Under the pieces are notes generated by a model that ran no database searches, was not told where the DNA came from, and saw nothing but the letters and a program-made list of their open reading frames with translations. Below, piece after piece: positions 9,449 to 20,263 of a DNA stretch of 64,000 nucleotides. Made by a program: the position numbers and the translations under genes. Position 1 is the stretch's first letter; every line of letters starts with the position of its first letter. Origin of the DNA: Bacteroidota bacterium (lineage in GTDB: Bacteria; Bacteroidota; Bacteroidia; Chitinophagales; Chitinophagaceae); the NCBI GenBank assembly GCA_016868585.1, contig VGGR01000003.1:167128-231127 (forward strand), read 5' to 3'.

Positions 9449-10834
9449 ATGGAGGCGAAAGCAATTCAGGAACAATTTATGGCTAGTAGCACGGTCAGGG
9501 CTGCTGATCGGGAACATCGTCGTAAAATCAATTTTAATATTGGCAAGTACAATGCAGCGGTGCCTAAGGGGAAGCAGCAATTCATGAACGTTGAATTGGC
9601 CCGTGAAAAAGCAAAGAATGCCAAATGGAAAGCTATTGCCACCCTTGACAAACAGTTAGAACTTTTTGAATCTATTATCACGGCGCGTGGAGCAAAAGTA
9701 ATTTGGGTCGAAGATGCTGCACAGGCACAGGAAGCCATTGGAAAAATCTGTCGGGAAAAAAATTGCAAGACACTGGTAAAAAGCAAAAGCATGGTAACCG
9801 AAGAGATTCATCTCAACGATTACCTGGCTTCTATCGGAGTGGAGAGTGTAGAAACGGATTTGGGCGAATACATCCAGCAATTGGATGGCGAACCTCCTTA
9901 TCACATTGTTACACCTGCCATGCATAAAAGCAAAGAAGACGTAGCTAAACTTTTTGCGAAAAAACTCGGGACAGATCCCAAAGCTACTCCTGAGCAATTA
10001 ACCTTGAAAGCACGAGAAGTGCTTCGTGATAAATATGTGCAGGCGGAAGTGGGATTGACCGGCGGAAATTTTATTGTAGCGGATGTGGGAGGAATAGCTG
10101 TTACAGAAAACGAAGGCAATGCCCGCTTGAGTTGTGCATGGCCTTCCACGCATATTGTAGTGGTGGGAATCGAAAAGGTAATTTCCTCCTGGAGTGATCT
10201 TCAACTTTTCTGGCCCTTACTGGCTACCTATGGAACAGGACAGCGTGTTACGGTTTATAATTCTTTATTGACGGGCCCTCGCCAGCCGCAGGAAACTGAT
10301 GGGCCACAGGAAATGATTGTGATTTTATTGGATAATGGCCGTACCACTATTTTAGCTGACGAAAAACAACGCGAAAGTTTATACTGTATTCGGTGCGGGG
10401 CTTGTTTGAATGCTTGTCCGGTTTATAAAAATATTGGTGGACATGCCTATGGCGTTACCTATAGTGGCCCGATAGGATCTGTGATTACACCCCACCTGCA
10501 AGGATTAGCCGAATATAAACATCTTAGTTACGCTTCTTCGCTCTGCGGCCACTGCACCTCCGTTTGTGCCGTTAAAATTAATCTTCACGAATTATTACTG
10601 GAAAATAGAAATCAATCCGTTCGTGAAAAAAAGAATAACTGGAAAGAAAAAGCAGTCTGGCAAGCCTGGAAGCAAGCTATGCTATTCCGCCCAGCCATGA
10701 ATATGGTAAATGGGAAAATGAAAAATTGGTTTGTCAATAAAGTATTTACTGCCTGGACAGCTCATCGAGGGCCACTCTTATTTCCGGATCGATCGTTCAA
10801 TCAACAATGGCGCGATAAATACGGCGATCAGTAA
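9449..10834 (+). CDS. lutB: LutB/LldF lactate-utilisation iron-sulfur protein
   Basis: LUD domain (ETDLGEYIQQL...HIVTPAMH), CIRCGACLNACPVY and SSLCGHCTSVC Fe-S motifs. ATG 9449 preferred over 9401. Confidence 0.9.
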   Translation: MEAKAIQEQFMASSTVRAADREHRRKINFNIGKYNAAVPKGKQQFMNVELAREKAKNAKWKAIATLDKQLELFESIITARGAKVIWVEDAAQAQEAIGKICREKNCKTLVKSKSMVTEEIHLNDYLASIGVESVETDLGEYIQQLDGEPPYHIVTPAMHKSKEDVAKLFAKKLGTDPKATPEQLTLKAREVLRDKYVQAEVGLTGGNFIVADVGGIAVTENEGNARLSCAWPSTHIVVVGIEKVISSWSDLQLFWPLLATYGTGQRVTVYNSLLTGPRQPQETDGPQEMIVILLDNGRTTILADEKQRESLYCIRCGACLNACPVYKNIGGHAYGVTYSGPIGSVITPHLQGLAEYKHLSYASSLCGHCTSVCAVKINLHELLLENRNQSVREKKNNWKEKAVWQAWKQAMLFRPAMNMVNGKMKNWFVNKVFTAWTAHRGPLLFPDRSFNQQWRDKYGDQ

Positions 10835-10837
10835 ATC

Positions 10838-11848
10838 TCACATCCCTTCTGTTTCAGGATGCTCCACACTGGTGATATTTTTGAAAGCTTGATTGACCAG
10901 CCATACGCCCAGTAGCGCAATAGCGCCCCCAAGTAAGATGAAGAATGAAATTTTTTCGTCAAATAACCATGTTCCCAATAAAAGAGCTACCACCGGATTG
11001 ACATAGGCGTAAATGGAGACCTGCTCCGTAGGTAAATGTTGTAAGGCAAAGAGGTAACACAAGAAAGCAAAAATAGATCCCATTAATACCATGTATCCTA
11101 TTACAGCCCAGGATTGCCAGGGTATAGATTCGAGCGAAATGGCAAAGCCAGTGAAGTAAGTGCCAGCCGTAAGCACAATACCTGAAAGTAACATCTGAAT
11201 TCCCATACTGAAATACGGGTTGAAGTGAGCCGCTTGCTGTTTGGTGTAAAGTGTGGCAAATGCCCAACTCCAGGTAGCTAATAAAGAAAGCAGAATGCCA
11301 AACCGAAATGATGGATCCAGAAAATCCTGCAGGTGATCATAAAAGATTATACAGACACCAGAAAATCCTATCAGCAGACCTGTAATGGCTTTACGCGGTA
11401 ATCTTTCATTGGAAGTAAACAACCCAATCACCACCAGCCAAATGGGAAAGATGGCTCCCATGATTGCCGCTAGTCCCGCTGAAATATATTTAATGCCCCA
11501 AGTACTTAGTCCATTGCTCAGCGCAAAATTTAAGAGGGCCAATAAAAATATTGGTGGCCATTCTTTTTCTTTTGGGAAAGGGGCTTTGATGATTAAAAAA
11601 TAAGTGACAAAAAGTATTCCTGCGATCAGTTGTCTTAACCCGGCCATTTGCAAGGCAGGGATATGTCTAACACCTTCTTTTGAAGCAACCCAGGTTGTTC
11701 CCCACAAGATGCAAACGGCTGCCAAAGCAAAAATGGCTTTGGTTCGCGTTCCTTTTTTGTGAAGGGTAATAGGATTGAATTCGGCCAACCTCCTGAGCTT
11801 TTCCGCAGGGGATTGAAGGAACAGCCGGTTAAAATCAAACCGTCCCAT
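10838..11848 (-). CDS. EamA/DMT family transporter
   Basis: ILWGTTW, two EamA repeats, YAYVNPVVALLLG. ATG overlaps the purH stop (TGATG). Confidence 0.9.
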   Translation of the reverse strand: MGRFDFNRLFLQSPAEKLRRLAEFNPITLHKKGTRTKAIFALAAVCILWGTTWVASKEGVRHIPALQMAGLRQLIAGILFVTYFLIIKAPFPKEKEWPPIFLLALLNFALSNGLSTWGIKYISAGLAAIMGAIFPIWLVVIGLFTSNERLPRKAITGLLIGFSGVCIIFYDHLQDFLDPSFRFGILLSLLATWSWAFATLYTKQQAAHFNPYFSMGIQMLLSGIVLTAGTYFTGFAISLESIPWQSWAVIGYMVLMGSIFAFLCYLFALQHLPTEQVSIYAYVNPVVALLLGTWLFDEKISFFILLGGAIALLGVWLVNQAFKNITSVEHPETEGM

Positions 11849-13359
11849 CAGTGTTTGAAGTGACGAAGCCCGGTGATAACCATGGCCAGTCCGTTTTGTT
11901 TACAATAGTCAATAGAGTCCTGATCTCGAATGGAACCTCCGGGTTGAATAAATGCAGTAATACCCGCTTCATGTCCCATTCTTACGCAATCATTAAATGG
12001 GAAAAAAGCATCACTGGCCATAACGGTACCATTTAAATCAGCGCTAAACTGTTTGGCTTTTTCAACAGCCTGTCTTAAGGACTCAATACGACTGGTCTGC
12101 CCACATCCCTTTCCGATCAATTGTTTATTTTTTACCAACGCAATGGCATTTGACTTTAAATGTTTGCAAACAATATTGGCAAATAACAAGTCCGCTTTTT
12201 CTACATCGCTGCAATTGCGCCCGCCTGCTTCATTCCAGGTTGCTGCATTGCCTTGATCGGGACCTTGTGTAAGTACACCCCCCAATACGCCTTTGAATGT
12301 AAGGGGCTCTGATAAATGTTGCTTTTGTTGCAGCAAGATTCGATTCTTTTTGCTTTGCAAGGTTGCCAGTGCCTCCGGATCAAATGCCGGGGCAATTAAT
12401 ACTTCAAAGAAAATAGAATTGATCGCTGCTGCCGTTTCAGTGTTTATGGTTTTATTGGTAATTAACACGCCCCCAAAAGCACTCTCCGGATCGCCTGCCA
12501 GTGCGGCATCCCAACTTTCTTTTACCGTGGCCCGTTGCGCAACGCCACATACATTAGTGTGTTTGATAATTGCAAATGTGGGAGCATCAAACTCGCCAAT
12601 AAGCTGTAGGGCTGCATCTACATCCACCAGATTATTATAGGAAAGTTCTTTACCTCCTTGCTGAGTAAATAATGCAGTCAGATCTCCATAGAAGGTAGCT
12701 GCCTGGTGGGGATTTTCGCCATAGCGTAAAGAACGTGGATTACCGGCGGCTTCTACAAATTGCAATGTTGAAGCCGGGTCAAAATATTTTGCAATGGCCA
12801 CATCATAACGGGCAACCACCTGGAATGCTTTGGCGGCAAATTCTTTTCGTTGCTCCAATGTGGTGACACCTTGTTGTTGTGTGAGTAGTTCTACCAGTGG
12901 GGCATATTCAGTTTTTGCAGCAACAACAGTTACACTATTAAAATTTTTTGCTGCAGCACGAATCATCGAGGCCCCACCAATATCAATTTTTTCAATAATT
13001 GCTTTTTGGTCGTTGGTGGAGGCTACGGTTTCTTCAAATGGATAAAGATCCACGATCACCAGGTCCAATGAAGGAATACGATAGTGCTCCATTTCCTGCA
13101 CATGTGTATCCTCCTCTCGTTTGTATAAGATCCCCCCAAAAACAGAAGGGTGTAAGGTTTTTACGCGTCCTCCTAAAATGGAGGGATACCCTGTTAATTG
13201 CTCAACAGGCACAACCGACACACCCAGCGATTCAATAAAAGTTTGCGTTCCACCGGTGGAGTAAAGTGTTACCCCTTGTTGATGCAATAAACGAATTAAG
13301 GGTTCCAGCCCGTCTTTATAAAAAACTGAAATGAGGGCAGTGCGGATTGTTTTATTCAT
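11848..13359 (-). CDS. purH: Bifunctional AICAR transformylase/IMP cyclohydrolase PurH
   Basis: GGRVKTLHP, IDIGG, RYGENPHQ, GKELSYNN, ASDAFFPF, QPGGSIRD, RHFKH. Confidence 0.98.
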   Translation of the reverse strand: MNKTIRTALISVFYKDGLEPLIRLLHQQGVTLYSTGGTQTFIESLGVSVVPVEQLTGYPSILGGRVKTLHPSVFGGILYKREEDTHVQEMEHYRIPSLDLVIVDLYPFEETVASTNDQKAIIEKIDIGGASMIRAAAKNFNSVTVVAAKTEYAPLVELLTQQQGVTTLEQRKEFAAKAFQVVARYDVAIAKYFDPASTLQFVEAAGNPRSLRYGENPHQAATFYGDLTALFTQQGGKELSYNNLVDVDAALQLIGEFDAPTFAIIKHTNVCGVAQRATVKESWDAALAGDPESAFGGVLITNKTINTETAAAINSIFFEVLIAPAFDPEALATLQSKKNRILLQQKQHLSEPLTFKGVLGGVLTQGPDQGNAATWNEAGGRNCSDVEKADLLFANIVCKHLKSNAIALVKNKQLIGKGCGQTSRIESLRQAVEKAKQFSADLNGTVMASDAFFPFNDCVRMGHEAGITAFIQPGGSIRDQDSIDYCKQNGLAMVITGLRHFKH

Positions 13360-15485
13360 GGAGTATGGAGCGTTGAAAGAAGAGCAAATGTACTTGATGG
13401 TGGGGAGTATACAAAAGCGCCATTGGTCAGCATATCATGAACAGGAATGCCATGTGCCAGCAGTAATTTTTTCCAATTTTCGCGGGTTCGTGCACCAAGG
13501 GTCCCATCCAGTATGGCTATCGATATAGTATTGTGTTGTATCCAACTTTCTCCATCGTAAGCGGCAGTCCTTGTTACAAGCAGTATGGTTTCGCTTCCCG
13601 TTGTAGCGGGAACAGGCGGTTCAAACTTGCGATGGGGTACTATAACTGTCCATTTTCCAATTTGAAAGTAGGGGGTTAACAGCGTGTCCATTTGCTGTTG
13701 GACCCGATAGAATCGATTACTGGCCACGACCAATCCATTTTTTTTCATTTCGCTTGTACGGGCGGTACTGTCCAGTAGGTGTAGGGCATGATTTCCTTTG
13801 ATCCAACTGATCATAGAACCAGATTTTGATTGGTAGATCACTAACGCTTCTTGCTGTTGATGAAAGAAAATATCTCCACATTGCAAGGCTATCAAAAAAC
13901 AACCCAGGCAACCCGTAATTATTGCGCCGGACTTACTTTTCAGCAATACCCATCCGGCTCCGGTACAAAGGATACCCAGTAGCAAAACGGCCTCTCCCCA
14001 GGTCCAATGCAGTTTGTCTAACTGAATACCGGGTATTTCACTGATTGATTGAATGTATTGATTCATCCAAAGGATCAATTTTTCTGCAAGCATCCCCATT
14101 GCCCTATTTAGATAAGGGATATTAGCCGTGATCATTAAAAAAAGCAACACATACAGAATACAACTGGATAACGGTACAGCTATCAGGTTACTCAATAAAA
14201 ATCCAAGCGGGAATTGCTGAAAATAGAATAAGGTAAAAGGCGTGGTCAGGAATTGGGCGGCAAGCGTTACGCTGATGAGTGTGGTCATGAGTTTTATCAA
14301 GCGATATGGCGTAGGTAGTATCTCCTGAAGTGGTTTTGCAAATAGTAGTATGCTTAATACGGCAATAAAAGACAATTGAAAACCCAAATCCCAAAGCCAG
14401 TAGGGTTGAATTACCAACAATAAAAAGCCTGCTGCCGCCAAAGTATTCAGCGACGAGGGTTTACGCCCAAGCATTTTTCCAGTGGATGCTATTGTAAAGG
14501 CCAGGGCCGCTCGTAATACCGAAGGGGTAGCTCCTGCAAGGCAGGTAAACAGCCAAATAATTGGGATTATCAGCAACTGGGATAGCCAGCGTCCTATTTT
14601 GTTTTTTTCAAATGGACCTACAAAAAATTGTAGCAACCATCCCAGTAATGCTAAGTGCATGCCCGAGATAGCAATGATATGAACCACACCTGTTTTGCTA
14701 TAGCTTTCTTGCAATGTGGGATCCAAATGTTGTCTATAACCGATCAACAATGCAGCGGCTAGTCCTGCGGATTGAGGATCCTGAATGGTTGAATCAAGCA
14801 ATGACACTATTTTTTGTTGGAGCCTGCTAAGCAATCTGGTAAACACGTAGTTACGGGGGCTACTATCAAGGAGTATAAAATCATCGATTTTCACTGTGCA
14901 TCGATGTGTGATTTGCTGACGAGCAAAATAAGTTGCCCAATTTCTCTCACCTGGATTACCTGTATGTACCAACAGCGTTGGTGCTTTTAGTAATAAGATC
15001 TTATTTCCGGGAAGCAATGCTGCCAGCACTTCTTTTTGGTAACTAGTAAGTAAAATTTTCCCCGTTGCCGGCTGCGGTGTTTTTCCTCGATGTAATGTCA
15101 CCACCTTAGCCACTACTTGCGTTGCCTGTAATTTTTCAACAGGAGTGGTTTCAATAATTAGCTCCAATGCAGATGCCGGAAATGCAAGGTCCAGTTTCCC
15201 GATCCAGTTTTTTTGTTGACGAACATTTTTTTGTATCAATAAGAGCTGTCCGGCGGTAATAAAGAATAACAGATAGGCAAAGGGTAGCAGATGTTGCCAT
15301 TGAAATTTTTTTCTTTGAGGAAAGAAAAAAAATAATGCAAGTAATAGAAGGCCTGCACTGGCTGGCAGTATTTTAGTTATAGGAGTAGGGGGCAGATACT
15401 CCGCTATCAGTATGCCCAGAAAAAGTCCCAGGAATGGAAAGAAAAAAGGGGTACGATTAATAAAAAAAAGCAGCGCTTGTAACAC
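13356..15485 (-). CDS. comEC: ComEC/Rec2 family competence protein (DUF4131 + Competence domain)
   Basis: YSKTGVVHIIAISGMHL, GATPSVLRA, DLGFQLSF, YFQQFP...LSNLIAVP. Confidence 0.92.
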   Translation of the reverse strand: MLQALLFFINRTPFFFPFLGLFLGILIAEYLPPTPITKILPASAGLLLLALFFFFPQRKKFQWQHLLPFAYLLFFITAGQLLLIQKNVRQQKNWIGKLDLAFPASALELIIETTPVEKLQATQVVAKVVTLHRGKTPQPATGKILLTSYQKEVLAALLPGNKILLLKAPTLLVHTGNPGERNWATYFARQQITHRCTVKIDDFILLDSSPRNYVFTRLLSRLQQKIVSLLDSTIQDPQSAGLAAALLIGYRQHLDPTLQESYSKTGVVHIIAISGMHLALLGWLLQFFVGPFEKNKIGRWLSQLLIIPIIWLFTCLAGATPSVLRAALAFTIASTGKMLGRKPSSLNTLAAAGFLLLVIQPYWLWDLGFQLSFIAVLSILLFAKPLQEILPTPYRLIKLMTTLISVTLAAQFLTTPFTLFYFQQFPLGFLLSNLIAVPLSSCILYVLLFLMITANIPYLNRAMGMLAEKLILWMNQYIQSISEIPGIQLDKLHWTWGEAVLLLGILCTGAGWVLLKSKSGAIITGCLGCFLIALQCGDIFFHQQQEALVIYQSKSGSMISWIKGNHALHLLDSTARTSEMKKNGLVVASNRFYRVQQQMDTLLTPYFQIGKWTVIVPHRKFEPPVPATTGSETILLVTRTAAYDGESWIQHNTISIAILDGTLGARTRENWKKLLLAHGIPVHDMLTNGAFVYSPPSSTFALLSTLHTP

Positions 15486-15530
15486 GCTGCCAGTATAATA
15501 GCCTTATTTGATCAAAGCAAGAGGCAAAAC

Positions 15531-18356
15531 TTATTTACTCAGATACATACTTCTATCCTTGTATAACTGACGGAAGTAAGGATCACGTAAATCATCGATA
15601 AAACGAATGGCCTCACCGGTCGATTTCATTTCAGGGCCCAGTTCTTTGTTAACTTTAGGGAATTTATTGAAACTAAATACGGGCTCTTTGATAGCAAAGC
15701 CTTTGAGTTTTTTCTCAAACTTGAAATCTTTTAGCTTATGCGTTCCCAACATCACCTTGGTAGCCACATTCAAATAAGGGATCTGATACGCTTTGGCGAT
15801 AAACGGTGTAGTTCTTGAGGCACGTGGATTTGCTTCAATCACATATACTTTTCCGTCTTTGATGGCAAATTGAATATTGATCAATCCTTGAATTTTCAAA
15901 GCACGGGCAATTTTCTCTGCGTATTCCTCCATCTTCTGCACAAGCAATGGAGAAAGATTGAAAGCAGGCAACACCGCATTACTGTCGCCTGAGTGGATGC
16001 CGGCTGGCTCAATGTGTTCCATCACCCCCATCACATGAAAATCAGTGCCATCAAAAATGGCATCGATCTCTGCTTCTTGACATCGATCCAGAAAATGATC
16101 GATCAAAATTTTATTTCCAGGAATGTGTTTGAGCAAACTCACTACGGCCTTCTCAACTTCTTCATCATTGATCACAATCCGCATGCGTTGTCCGCCTAGT
16201 ACATAAGAAGGACGAACCAAAACTGGGTATCCTACTTTATTGGCTACTGTAACGGCTTCGTCTACATTCCAGGCTGTGCCATATTCAGGATAAGGAACAC
16301 CAAGCTCTTTAAGCATATCGCTGAATCGACCACGATCTTCCGCAATATCCAAGCTGTCAAAGGAGGTGCCGATTATTTTGATACCTCGTTGATGTAAACG
16401 TTCGGCCAGTTTCAAGGCGGTTTGTCCTCCCAGCTGTACAATAACACCTTCGGGTTTTTCATGTTCTACAATTTCCCAGAGATGCTCCCAATAAACCGGT
16501 TCAAAATATAATTTATCCGCCATGTCAAAGTCCGTGGATACTGTTTCGGGATTACAGTTGACCATGATAGCTTCAAACCCGGCTTCTTTGATGGCTAGCA
16601 AACCATGCACACAACAGTAATCAAATTCAATTCCCTGCCCAATTCTATTGGGTCCGGATCCAATCACAATGATCCTTTTCTTATCAGCAACCACACTTTC
16701 TGAATGGTTCCCTTTTTCAAAGGTGGAATAGAAATAAGGGGTCTTTGCCTCAAACTCAGCTGCACAGGTATCTACCATTTTATATACGCGTGTGATACCG
16801 GCCTTTTTTCTTTTTTCATAGACCGCATCTTCATCGCCATTACGAACAATACGTGCAATTTGTTCGTCACTAAATCCTTCCACTTTTGCTTCCTTCAATA
16901 AGGACAGCGGAAGTTCGTCCAAACTATATTTTGCCAACTCTTTTTCAAGGTTGACAATTTTTTGGATCTCATATAAGAACCAACGATCAATGCCATTGGT
17001 GGCTTTGGATATGGAGCTCACTGAAATTCCAGCTTGCAAGGCATCTTTAATGCGGAATAAGCGATCCCATTTTGGTGTTTTGATATAATCCAGCAACTCT
17101 TCGGCGTGCATTAAGCTCTTGCCATAATAACCAAGCCCTACTGCATTATTCTCCAAACTTTGACAAGCTTTTTGAATGGCCTCAGTGAAACTGCGTCCAA
17201 TAGCCATTACTTCCCCCACACTTTTCATTTGCAATCCCAATGTATCATTGGCCCCTTTGAATTTATCAAAGTTCCAGCGCGGAATTTTTACGATCACATA
17301 ATCCAGAGTTGGTTCAAAATAGGCAGAAGTGGTTTTTGTGATCTGATTCTCCAGTTCGTCCAAATGATAACCAATGGCCAGCTTTGTTGCGATTTTAGCG
17401 ATCGGATAACCAGTTGCTTTACTGGCTAATGCAGAAGAACGGCTTACACGTGGGTTGATCTCAATGGCAATGATCTCCTCTGTATCGGGGTTGAGGGCAA
17501 ACTGTACGTTACATCCTCCGGAAAAATTTCCCAGATCGCGCATCATCCGTATAGCCGTGTTACGCATCAGCTGCATGGCCGTATCGCTGAGTGTCATAGC
17601 GGGAGCCACCGTAATGGAATCACCGGTGTGAACCCCCATGGGATCAAAATTCTCAACCGTACAGATTATACAAACGTTATCGGCGGCATCGCGTAATAAC
17701 TCTAATTCAAATTCTTTCCATCCTAACACAGCCTGTTCTACCAATACTTCATGAATCGGAGAAGCTTGTAAACCTCGATGAAGCGCTTCATCCAAATCAT
17801 TTTTATCATGCACCAATCCACTCCCTGTTCCTCCCAGTGTAAACGAAGGACGGATCACCAGCGGAAAACCAATTTCCTGTGCAAATTCTTTTCCCTCTAA
17901 AAATGAATTTGCTGTTTTTGCTGTGGCCACCTGCACTCCCAACTGAATCATCCATTGCCTGAACTTTTCTCGATCCTCTGCTTTTTCAATGGCTTTTATG
18001 TCTACCCCTATCAAACGAACATTATATTGTTTCCAGATCCCCAACTCCTCTGCTTCCTTAGCCAGATTCAATGCAGTTTGTCCTCCCATGGTGGGTAGCA
18101 CAGCATCAATCTCATTCTCCTGTAAAATCTTTTCAATGCTCTCTACCGTTAGCGGTAACAGATATACCCTGTCTGCCATCATGGGGTCCGTCATAATGGT
18201 GGCAGGATTACTATTGATCAGTATTACCTTAATGCCCTCCTCGCGAAGAGAACGGGCGGCTTGCGTACCAGAATAGTCAAACTCACAGGCTTGACCGATA
18301 ATGATGGGCCCTGAGCCGATAATCATCACGGATCGAATGGAGGTATCTTTTGGCAT
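15531..18356 (-). CDS. carB: Carbamoyl-phosphate synthase large subunit (short form)
   Basis: IGSGPIIIGQACEFDYSG, two ATP-grasp halves, MKSTGE. ATG 18356 preferred; -7 element TAACTTTG at 18377-18384. Confidence 0.97.
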   Translation of the reverse strand: MPKDTSIRSVMIIGSGPIIIGQACEFDYSGTQAARSLREEGIKVILINSNPATIMTDPMMADRVYLLPLTVESIEKILQENEIDAVLPTMGGQTALNLAKEAEELGIWKQYNVRLIGVDIKAIEKAEDREKFRQWMIQLGVQVATAKTANSFLEGKEFAQEIGFPLVIRPSFTLGGTGSGLVHDKNDLDEALHRGLQASPIHEVLVEQAVLGWKEFELELLRDAADNVCIICTVENFDPMGVHTGDSITVAPAMTLSDTAMQLMRNTAIRMMRDLGNFSGGCNVQFALNPDTEEIIAIEINPRVSRSSALASKATGYPIAKIATKLAIGYHLDELENQITKTTSAYFEPTLDYVIVKIPRWNFDKFKGANDTLGLQMKSVGEVMAIGRSFTEAIQKACQSLENNAVGLGYYGKSLMHAEELLDYIKTPKWDRLFRIKDALQAGISVSSISKATNGIDRWFLYEIQKIVNLEKELAKYSLDELPLSLLKEAKVEGFSDEQIARIVRNGDEDAVYEKRKKAGITRVYKMVDTCAAEFEAKTPYFYSTFEKGNHSESVVADKKRIIVIGSGPNRIGQGIEFDYCCVHGLLAIKEAGFEAIMVNCNPETVSTDFDMADKLYFEPVYWEHLWEIVEHEKPEGVIVQLGGQTALKLAERLHQRGIKIIGTSFDSLDIAEDRGRFSDMLKELGVPYPEYGTAWNVDEAVTVANKVGYPVLVRPSYVLGGQRMRIVINDEEVEKAVVSLLKHIPGNKILIDHFLDRCQEAEIDAIFDGTDFHVMGVMEHIEPAGIHSGDSNAVLPAFNLSPLLVQKMEEYAEKIARALKIQGLINIQFAIKDGKVYVIEANPRASRTTPFIAKAYQIPYLNVATKVMLGTHKLKDFKFEKKLKGFAIKEPVFSFNKFPKVNKELGPEMKSTGEAIRFIDDLRDPYFRQLYKDRSMYLSK

Positions 18357-18451
18357 TTTAAAAAAAACAAATTGTGCAAAGTTAAGGGAAATCAAGGGTT
18401 GTGAAGAGTGTTTGCGGCATAAATTTCTGGGCAGGGGCCTTACCTTTACGC

Positions 18452-20245
18452 ATGCAAAAAAAACTACTGCTTTTTTCTTTTCTTTTTTTCGCTTTTCTCA
18501 TCACTCTTGCACAGTCTCCTCAAACCCCCAGAAGCTATTTTAGAAATCCTATGGGTATTCCCATGGAGCTTACTGCCAACTTTGGAGAACTTCGTACACA
18601 CCACTGGCACATGGGGTTAGATATCCGTACAAAAGCCAAGGAGAATCTGCCCGTTTACGCAGCGGCTGGTGGTTATATTGCTTCAGTAGGGGTAAGGCCG
18701 CTCAGTTTTGGTCGTTTTATCATTATCAATCATCCCAATGGGCTGTCTACATTGTATGCACACCTGAATGATTTTGCACCGGAGTTGGAAACCTACGTAA
18801 CCAATCAACAATATCAACAGGAATCATGGGCCATTGAACTCAAATTTTCTCCCGATCAATTCCCGGTATCCAAGGGAACATGCATAGGATCTAGTGGAAA
18901 TACCGGTGGATCAGCAGGACCGCACTTGCATTTTGAAATTATGGATACCCAAACGGAACATCGTTTAAACCCACTGCTTTTTGATTTTCCATTGGAGGAT
19001 AAAGTGCCTCCGGTAATCAAAGGACTGGCATTATATGACAGAGGTCGCTCCATTAATGGGCAGTCTCCCAAAGTAGTCCCCATAAAAAAAACACCAACGG
19101 GTTATACATTGGTTAATGCCGAGATGCTCACCACTTCACTCAGCCAAGTTGGGTTGGCCATTCAAGCTATAGATCTGGTAAGTGGCTCCTCAAACCCTAA
19201 TGGAATTTATTCAGCCACCCTTGAAGTAGATGGGCAAGCAATGCTTGCTTTTATTTTGGATAGAATCGATTATGAACAAACAAGATATATCAATGCGCAT
19301 ATTGATTACAGGCATAAACAGGCTGGGGGCGCTTTCTATCAGCACCTTTCCATGTTGCCGGGGGAGGGAGGCGTTGCATACCACCCTTATCAATCTGACG
19401 GAGTAATTAGATTAACAGATACCTTACCTCACCAGGTTGCAATTATTGTTACAGATCCATACCATAACAAATCAGTGCTTCAGTTTCTATTAAAGACTAC
19501 CAATCCCTGGTTGGGCCCTGCTGCCAATCCGGCTAAATTGCCTGGGAAGAAACCAACTCATTTTGTCCCCCGCAACCCGTTATCGATTCGAGAGCCTGAT
19601 TTTCAGATTGAATTCCCTGCCATGGGACTTTATGATAGTCTACCCATTTATTATCGCCGGGACCTATTCCCAATCTTGCCTGGGGCCATAACTGCGCGTT
19701 ATCAGTTGAATGACCCAACCACTCCGGTTCATCTCAATTTTACAGTACGATTAAAGCCTGAGCGTGAAATTCCTGCAAACCTTAGGGACAAAGTAGTTGT
19801 GCAACAATCCTATGGGGCAGTTAAAAAAGTAAAAAAAGCAAATTTTGAGGGTCAATGGGTAGCTGCGGAATTTGACGAATTTGGTTATTTCCAGGCATTT
19901 GTAGATACCATCCCACCACAGGTTACACTGGCTGGTAAGGGAGATACCATTAATGTAAGCGCCATTTCGCGTTTGATATTTACTCCCACTGATAATTTAG
20001 GTACTATTAAACATTTCCGCGCTGAACTAAATGATAGTTGGGTACGATTTACTAATGACAAGGGTCGCAGTTGGATTTATCGATTTGATGAGCGTTGTCC
20101 TTACGGAATACATAAGTTAAAGGTAACCGTAGAGGATCTGGTGGGAAATAGCACCACTAAAATCTGGTGGATCAAGCGAGCTCCCTATAAGCCTCCGGTA
20201 AAAAAATCAAGCCAAAAAAAAATCGCTAAAAAAAAGAAACGATAG
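18452..20245 (+). CDS. M23 family metallopeptidase, secreted
   Basis: Signal peptide, HWHMGLD (HxxxD), YAHL and AGPHLHFE (HxH) motifs; Lys-rich tail. ATG 18452 preferred. Confidence 0.88.
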   Translation: MQKKLLLFSFLFFAFLITLAQSPQTPRSYFRNPMGIPMELTANFGELRTHHWHMGLDIRTKAKENLPVYAAAGGYIASVGVRPLSFGRFIIINHPNGLSTLYAHLNDFAPELETYVTNQQYQQESWAIELKFSPDQFPVSKGTCIGSSGNTGGSAGPHLHFEIMDTQTEHRLNPLLFDFPLEDKVPPVIKGLALYDRGRSINGQSPKVVPIKKTPTGYTLVNAEMLTTSLSQVGLAIQAIDLVSGSSNPNGIYSATLEVDGQAMLAFILDRIDYEQTRYINAHIDYRHKQAGGAFYQHLSMLPGEGGVAYHPYQSDGVIRLTDTLPHQVAIIVTDPYHNKSVLQFLLKTTNPWLGPAANPAKLPGKKPTHFVPRNPLSIREPDFQIEFPAMGLYDSLPIYYRRDLFPILPGAITARYQLNDPTTPVHLNFTVRLKPEREIPANLRDKVVVQQSYGAVKKVKKANFEGQWVAAEFDEFGYFQAFVDTIPPQVTLAGKGDTINVSAISRLIFTPTDNLGTIKHFRAELNDSWVRFTNDKGRSWIYRFDERCPYGIHKLKVTVEDLVGNSTTKIWWIKRAPYKPPVKKSSQKKIAKKKKR

Positions 20246-20263
20246 TGCGTGTGTTACTATAGT

